This document shows positions 15,606-20,000 of a DNA stretch of 20,000 nt, piece after piece. The first letter of the stretch is position 1; the number at the start of each line of letters is the position of its first letter. Origin of the DNA: an uncultured virus (IMG/VR IMGVR_UViG_3300031847_000001). Lineage: Duplodnaviria > Heunggongvirae > Uroviricota > Caudoviricetes. The position numbers and the translations under genes are program-made. The DNA lies in IMG/VR virus record IMGVR_UViG_3300031847_000001, one strand, 5' to 3'. The notes beneath the pieces are model-generated. The model was not told the origin of the DNA and ran no database searches. It saw nothing but the letters and a program-made list of their open reading frames with translations.

Positions 15606-15641
15606 GCTTGAAAAGATCGTTGCCGTCTTTCCGGCTGTCAC
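15606..15641 (-). promoter_or_regulatory. Hairpin + boxA-like element (nut-like), copy 1
   Basis: GTGACA-GCCG-GAAAGA-CGGC-AAC-GATCTTTTCAAG. Confidence 0.55.
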
Positions 15642-15838
15642 AGGTGCTCTTCCCTGTCGTCAAGACTGCTTATCCTTGTTTGGTGTAGGAGCATGAAAGC
15701 AGTCGCGAAACGTCGCCCCTAGATTGCTGGCGAGTCGCACCCTTTCTTTTAGGGTCTATTGAATCCCCTGGCCGCGTTTCGTTTCCTCGAACCGGAAGGC
15801 TTGCACGGCATTGCGACTCGCCAAGTTGTAGAATATCG

Positions 15839-15863
15839 CGTGTAACCTCGTTTGAGGCTGCAA
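15839..15863 (-). promoter_or_regulatory. Operator-like palindrome CCTC-AAAC-GAGG + TTACACG
   Basis: Same motif as at 859-870, 11557-11568 and 16189-16200. Confidence 0.65.
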
Positions 15864-15877
15864 GACTGAACAAAAAA

Positions 15878-16165
15878 TTAGTACAGATACTGATTCCACG
15901 TTGCGCTCGCCAGCGTCACAAACCGACGCCAACCGAGATCCGGGAAGAATGCGTAGTTGCCGATGATGCGCGTTGAGCAAGAGATTGATTGACGTCGCAC
16001 TGCGGCTACGACCGGAAGGTCGTTCAGTCCGTTGATCTCAACGATCTGGGCGCCGCAGGACTGGCAGTCGCAATCGTTGCGATGTTTGAATTGGAATTTG
16101 GCCTCACAGTTAAGGCAGAGGATCGAATCTCGAAGATTTTGTTTTTGGCATTCGGCACAGTTCAT
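15878..16165 (-). CDS. Multi-CxxC hypothetical protein
   Basis: GGAG RBS; first ORF after promoter 16206-16233. Confidence 0.65.
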   Translation of the reverse strand: MNCAECQKQNLRDSILCLNCEAKFQFKHRNDCDCQSCGAQIVEINGLNDLPVVAAVRRQSISCSTRIIGNYAFFPDLGWRRFVTLASATWNQYLY

Positions 16166-16181
16166 AAAGTGGCTCCGTATT

Positions 16182-16243
16182 CGTGTAACATCAAACGATG
16201 CGCTGAGTATACTCTCACTTTACACAGCGTCAAGCGTTTTCTT
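16182..16243 (-). promoter_or_regulatory. Sigma70-like promoter with downstream operator
   Basis: AAGAAAACGC-TTGACG-16nt-TATACT, followed by CATCGTTTGATG-TTACACG. Confidence 0.75.
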
Positions 16244-16805
16244 CTGTCTCGTTGGAAATATTCTCTTCACCCTTCGGTGGATGCTTTTCGAGCCAGTTTT
16301 TTGCGTTTGTAATCATTGCCAAGGCGTTGCCAGCGGGGAACATCTGCATGGCCTGATCCGGTGAAACAGTGGAGATGTGATCAACTTTGAAGAGCCGGCG
16401 CAGGGCCTCCCGCGCTCGGTCCTTGAGCGGCTTCTCCAGGATGTCTGGATTTGCGTCAATTACGGCCTGGATCGTTTCTTTTACCCCGGCGCAGTGCTGG
16501 AAGTGGTCCACGTACAAAAGGCGGCTCCAGAAGTGATTCCAGGGGCCAGCGGGTTGCTTTGGCGGCTTCTTCTGCCTCGGTGCTTTCTTTTCTGGAATGA
16601 TTCCGATCTCGGTTATCCAGAAAACCATCTCGCCCATTGCGGTTCGCGGGACCGTCTTCATCCAGCCCCATGTCTCTTCGTCGATCTCCAGTTCGAGGAA
16701 ATGGAACATTTCGCCTTTCTCGTTTTCCTTCGTCCGGATGCGGCGATTGTTCCAAGACAGTTCGATCGGTTGGTTTATTTGGGCTATGCCGTCTTTGTCG
16801 CTCAT
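16230..16805 (-). CDS. Hypothetical protein
   Basis: Start reassigned to ATG 16805 (MSDKDG), with GGAGG upstream and an ATGA overlap. Confidence 0.7.
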   Translation of the reverse strand: MSDKDGIAQINQPIELSWNNRRIRTKENEKGEMFHFLELEIDEETWGWMKTVPRTAMGEMVFWITEIGIIPEKKAPRQKKPPKQPAGPWNHFWSRLLYVDHFQHCAGVKETIQAVIDANPDILEKPLKDRAREALRRLFKVDHISTVSPDQAMQMFPAGNALAMITNAKNWLEKHPPKGEENISNETEENA

Positions 16806-17017
16806 ATCTCTGTTGCCTCCGTTAGTTGTTCGATAAACCAGTCCCATTGTTCGGGCGTCAGGTCGTATAGTTCTTTGACCGCCTGCTTTGCCGGTTCGTA
16901 GACCTCTGACCACTTGTCCAAGGTGGGATCTTTCGCGAGGCGCGCGAATTGTTGGATAACGCGCTCGACGCCGGCGGCGATTTCGGCGTCCGCGATTGGG
17001 GCTACTGCGGTTGGCAT
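16802..17017 (-). CDS. Hypothetical protein
   Basis: AAGGAG RBS; its stop overlaps the next start. Confidence 0.65.
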   Translation of the reverse strand: MPTAVAPIADAEIAAGVERVIQQFARLAKDPTLDKWSEVYEPAKQAVKELYDLTPEQWDWFIEQLTEATEI

Positions 17018-17301
17018 GTGGTTGCTCCTTTTGCTTTTGCCTTAAATTCATTATGAATGCGTCCGAGCTCCTTGCGCCTTGCTTCCCATCCGGTGAGTGG
17101 ATTATCGGAGTCGCCGAGCCGCCAGAGTGGGTGCGCAAACTCCTGGCAATTTCTACACTTGCCGGATTGATCCGTTGAATGTTTGCCCTCCTTGCCGCCA
17201 CGCGGACAATCCGCGCATTCAACCAGCGTCCATCCGGCTTCTATAAGCCACCAACCAAGTGTGCCATCGCGGTATTGATGCCCTGTTTTAGTTTTCGACA
17301 C
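17002..17301 (-). CDS. Hypothetical Zn-binding protein
   Basis: CADC...CRNC; GTG start after AAGGGG. Confidence 0.6.
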   Translation of the reverse strand: MSKTKTGHQYRDGTLGWWLIEAGWTLVECADCPRGGKEGKHSTDQSGKCRNCQEFAHPLWRLGDSDNPLTGWEARRKELGRIHNEFKAKAKGATTCQPQ

Positions 17302-17313
17302 GATGCCCCTTTC

Positions 17314-18687
17314 TCACTGCGCTAGTTGCGTGTACACATCTTCAAACCTCATCACTTGCTTCAGGAAGACAATCTCGATCGTGCAAAGCGGCCCGTTGCG
17401 ATTCTTGAGTAGGATGAGTTCGGCGATGTTCTGTTTGTCCGTGTTTGGGTTGTAAACCTCATCCCGGTAGAGGCCGATGAGTAAATACGCGTCTTGCGCT
17501 ATCTGGCCAGAGTCTCGAAAGTCTGAGAGCATTGGCCGCTTGTTTTGTCGGTGTTCGAGCTCGCGGTTGAGCTGCGAGAGCGCTATCACAACGCAGTTGT
17601 AATCCTTGGCGATTTGCACCAAGCCGCGGCTTATCTTCGCGACCTCGGCCTCGCGCGTCTCGCCCTTCTGCCGTTCGCCGTCGCTGAGCTGTAGATAGTC
17701 CACGAAGAGAATATCCACCCGCCCCTCGTCGTTCTTCATCTTCCGCACGGCCTCGCGCATCTTGCGAGGCGACAGCGCGGCGCGATCGTCGAAGTGTACG
17801 CGCCAGCCGGCCAGGATGTTCGTCGCCTCGGCCACGCGGCGCCATTCGTCCTTGCTCAAGTAACCAGTACGCAGCCGCTTCAGATCCATACGCGCAAGGC
17901 TGGACAGAAGGCGCTGCGCTTGCTGTTTCGTCGGCATTTCCATCGAGAACCAGCCGATAACCGGCGGCCGGCCGTCAATGAAGTTATCCGGACACTGGGA
18001 CATATGCGTCGTCATCGAGAGCGCGAGCCCAGTCTTGCCCATCCCCGGCGCCGCGCCGATCACAACCACCGTGCCGCGCTCAAGTCCGTCCGTCACGTAA
18101 TCCAGATCCCGAAAGCCCGTTGAGAAGTCCAGTACGCTGCGGTTTGAATCGCCGCGCGCCTCGGCCTCTGTCATCACGTCGAAGGCCACGCCGGCGATGT
18201 CGCGCCAGTGTCCTTCGCCGCAGTTGGCGCCGATGAGCGCTAGATCCTGCTCGGCCTGGCGCAATTGCTCGTCAATCGTCTCTTCGCCGTCAAAGGCGCG
18301 CGCCGTGACTGAGGCGCCGAAGTGAATCAGCCGGCGTTCCCGCGAACTGTCTTTCACGAGCCGCACGTAGTTTTCGATGTTTGAGAATCGCGGTACGCCG
18401 TCGAAGAGCGACGCGATGTAGGCCGGGCCGCCGACTCGCTCGAGGTTGCCAGCCCGCCGCAGTTCTTCCTGCAGGGTAAGCGGATCAATGGCCTCACCGC
18501 GACTATGCAGCGCCAGCATCCCGGCGTAGGTGAGACGGTTCGCCATCGAGAAGAAATCATTCTCGTCGAGTACGGACAGCGCTTGCTCAAAAACGCCGTT
18601 GTCGAGAATCCCGCAGCCCAGCACAGTCTGCTCGGCTTCGAGGTTTGTTGGCAGTGGTTTTTCTAAAATCACGTTTGGCTGTCGCAT
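17314..18687 (-). CDS. dnaB: Replicative DNA helicase, DnaB family
   Basis: EAEQTVLG N-domain, Walker A APGMGKT, FSMEM, VDYLQL, ALSQLNR, SDFRDSGQIAQDA, KNRNGP. Confidence 0.96.
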   Translation of the reverse strand: MRQPNVILEKPLPTNLEAEQTVLGCGILDNGVFEQALSVLDENDFFSMANRLTYAGMLALHSRGEAIDPLTLQEELRRAGNLERVGGPAYIASLFDGVPRFSNIENYVRLVKDSSRERRLIHFGASVTARAFDGEETIDEQLRQAEQDLALIGANCGEGHWRDIAGVAFDVMTEAEARGDSNRSVLDFSTGFRDLDYVTDGLERGTVVVIGAAPGMGKTGLALSMTTHMSQCPDNFIDGRPPVIGWFSMEMPTKQQAQRLLSSLARMDLKRLRTGYLSKDEWRRVAEATNILAGWRVHFDDRAALSPRKMREAVRKMKNDEGRVDILFVDYLQLSDGERQKGETREAEVAKISRGLVQIAKDYNCVVIALSQLNRELEHRQNKRPMLSDFRDSGQIAQDAYLLIGLYRDEVYNPNTDKQNIAELILLKNRNGPLCTIEIVFLKQVMRFEDVYTQLAQ

Positions 18688-19622
18688 GTGTCCCCCTTGT
18701 CCTTGAGTTTCGGTTGTCGGTAGTTCGCCGGCGCCGAGACCACCGGCGGCGTTACGTGTGTCCCGTTTCCGTTGGCGGCTGGACTGGCGCGGCCGTTCTC
18801 GCCTATCGGCTTGTTGAACCGATCAATCGCGTGCGGCCAGAACGTCGAGAATCGCTCGCACAGGTCCGCCAGCGTGTGTGTGGCCAGATCGCTCGCGAAG
18901 TAGTGTTCGGCGGCGCGCTTGAAGCGTTCGAGGGTGATTTCCCAGGGTTTGGGTTGCGCCTTCGCGTACTTGTCGCGCAGTTCGGAGAGTTTCACGAAGT
19001 CTGCGGGCTTGTAGGCGTAAGGCTGTCCCTCGTGAGTGGTTTCGAATTGCGAGCAGAACTCGTGGAAAAGCGGATCTGGCTTTCGTCCGGAAGGTTTCTC
19101 TACTGGTGGTTCAGCAGGTTCGGTTAGCGCGCCAGCGCCAGAGATTACGTTAGTAATCTCTGTATTTGTATGTATGTCTGTATGTTTGTTTGGCATAGCA
19201 GTGCTTTGCCGTGCTTTGCGCTGCTTAGCTGTGCTTTGCACTGCTATTTTAGGTTGAGCATCGCTATCCTCTGGCGGCGGTTGCTTTGCTTTGCTTTCGT
19301 TCCCTTTCCATCTCTGGGCGGCTGCATTTGCTTTCTTTTCAGCAAATTCCACGCGTTCCATAATGACGTCCTCGGCGAAGTCGATGTAGAGGCGTCCGCC
19401 TTCACATCTGCCGAGGAATTCGAAATATGGACGTAGGGCCTGGATGTCTTCTATCGGAAGTCCGGTGAGGAATGCGAGTTTGGGGTCGCTGTCTGGTAGT
19501 CCACCATCGTCAAGGTAGGTCACTATCAGCAGCGTCATATCTGCGCGCATTCGTCCAGTCGGTAGACTTGAGACGAGCGAGCGCAGTTTGCTTGGCCAAA
19601 TTTTGAACCAGTTATTGTCCAT
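18669..19622 (-). CDS. Phage replication initiator (YdaU/DUF1376-like N-terminus)
   Basis: Directly upstream of dnaB. LPDSDPKLAFLTG...KKANAAAQRW pattern and an internal repeat-encoded low-complexity linker. Confidence 0.7.
   Translation of the reverse strand: MDNNWFKIWPSKLRSLVSSLPTGRMRADMTLLIVTYLDDGGLPDSDPKLAFLTGLPIEDIQALRPYFEFLGRCEGGRLYIDFAEDVIMERVEFAEKKANAAAQRWKGNESKAKQPPPEDSDAQPKIAVQSTAKQRKARQSTAMPNKHTDIHTNTEITNVISGAGALTEPAEPPVEKPSGRKPDPLFHEFCSQFETTHEGQPYAYKPADFVKLSELRDKYAKAQPKPWEITLERFKRAAEHYFASDLATHTLADLCERFSTFWPHAIDRFNKPIGENGRASPAANGNGTHVTPPVVSAPANYRQPKLKDKGDTCDSQT
19141..19298. repeat. Putative replication origin: iteron-like repeats + AT-rich tract
   Basis: Tandem 10-mers GTGCTTTGCC GTGCTTTGCG CTGCTTAGCT GTGCTTTGCA CTGCTA (19201-19246), TTGCT x3 (about 19282-19296), TGTA-rich tract 19161-19190, and inverted repeat GAGATTAC-gtta-GTAATCTC (19141-19160). 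Confidence 0.65.
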
Positions 19623-19642
19623 TGGGATTAAGGCAACGGTTA

Positions 19643-20000
19643 TTAGTCCATTGTTTCGCGTTCTTTGGTTATCCAGTTATAGAACTTTTGTTTTTCGGAT
19701 TCGGATAACTTGAGATACGCCTTTGTAGCTTTTTCCAGGGGCGTAGCTTCTCGAACGATTCCGGCGTCCTTGGCGGCGGCCCGGACGGATTTGTATTCGC
19801 CGGCTTTCATTCGTTCGTGGATGTCGGGACGGTCGCGGGCGATGCGGGCGGTGAGGTATTCGGGATTGGTTCCCCACTGTTTCAAGGTTATATTATCACC
19901 TTGATTATCAACCTTATTATATAAGGTTGATTTACGATCCCCGCCATGGTTGCCGAGTTTTCGTTCCTCCAGAGTCCCCTTTACCTCCACAAGCGACAGA
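19643..20000 (-). CDS. Partial DNA-binding (HTH-like) protein, 3' part
   Basis: HGGDRKS...GTNPEYLTARIARDRPDI...KSVRAAAKDAGI. The frame is open to the window edge. Confidence 0.7.
   Translation of the reverse strand, partial: LSLVEVKGTLEERKLGNHGGDRKSTLYNKVDNQGDNITLKQWGTNPEYLTARIARDRPDIHERMKAGEYKSVRAAAKDAGIVREATPLEKATKAYLKLSESEKQKFYNWITKERETMD

Larger units (their letters stand above)
15060..15825 (-). ncRNA. Candidate large structured non-coding RNA / structured leader
   Basis: No credible ORF. Many stems, with GNRA loops and G-U pairs that work on the minus strand (see findings). Confidence 0.55.

Noticed and set aside
15255..15873. Short ORFs 15255-15449, 15419-15688 and 15670-15873
   Set aside because: TTG starts, no RBS and non-protein-like composition. 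The region is better explained by RNA structure.
16230..17222. 330-aa ORF as called
   Set aside because: The N-terminal 139 residues are Arg-rich off-frame sequence overlapping two better ORFs. The start at 16805 has an RBS and ATGA coupling.
663..19904. All plus-strand ORFs in the track (e.g. 3928-4497, 9050-9598, 10134-10676, 12351-12944, 16377-16901)
   Set aside because: They are antisense shadows of coupled minus-strand genes, with no recognisable motifs or RBS support.
1..20000. tRNA, tmRNA, rRNA, CRISPR array, IS or transposase, reverse transcriptase/DGR
   Set aside because: No cloverleaf, regular repeat-spacer array, transposase or RT motifs were seen by eye. The 43-nt repeats have only two copies and no adenine-specific variation pattern.

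Overview
A 20 kb stretch of a tailed phage or prophage replication/early region, with essentially all real genes on the minus strand and many overlapping stop/start codons. In transcription order (right to left) it has a partial HTH-type gene, a replication initiator containing an iteron-like origin, and a DnaB helicase. Small ORFs follow, then a roughly 800 nt strongly base-paired non-coding region carrying two hairpin+boxA-like (nut-like) sites. Next come an amino (N4C/N6A) DNA methyltransferase, a VRR-NUC nuclease and a C5 cytosine methyltransferase encoded as two overlapping reading frames, the second holding a WPTP repeat array. About 25 small accessory ORFs follow (many Cys/His-rich), including an XF1762/Mom-like DNA-modification gene bracketed by 43-nt direct repeats, a putative RHH autoregulated cassette, a secreted-protein moron with its own promoter and an ABA-sandwich protein. 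The window ends in the 5' end of an M15-like peptidase. A 12-bp palindromic operator-like motif recurs at four sites, three next to recognisable promoter elements. Family assignments come from motif recognition only; no searches were run.
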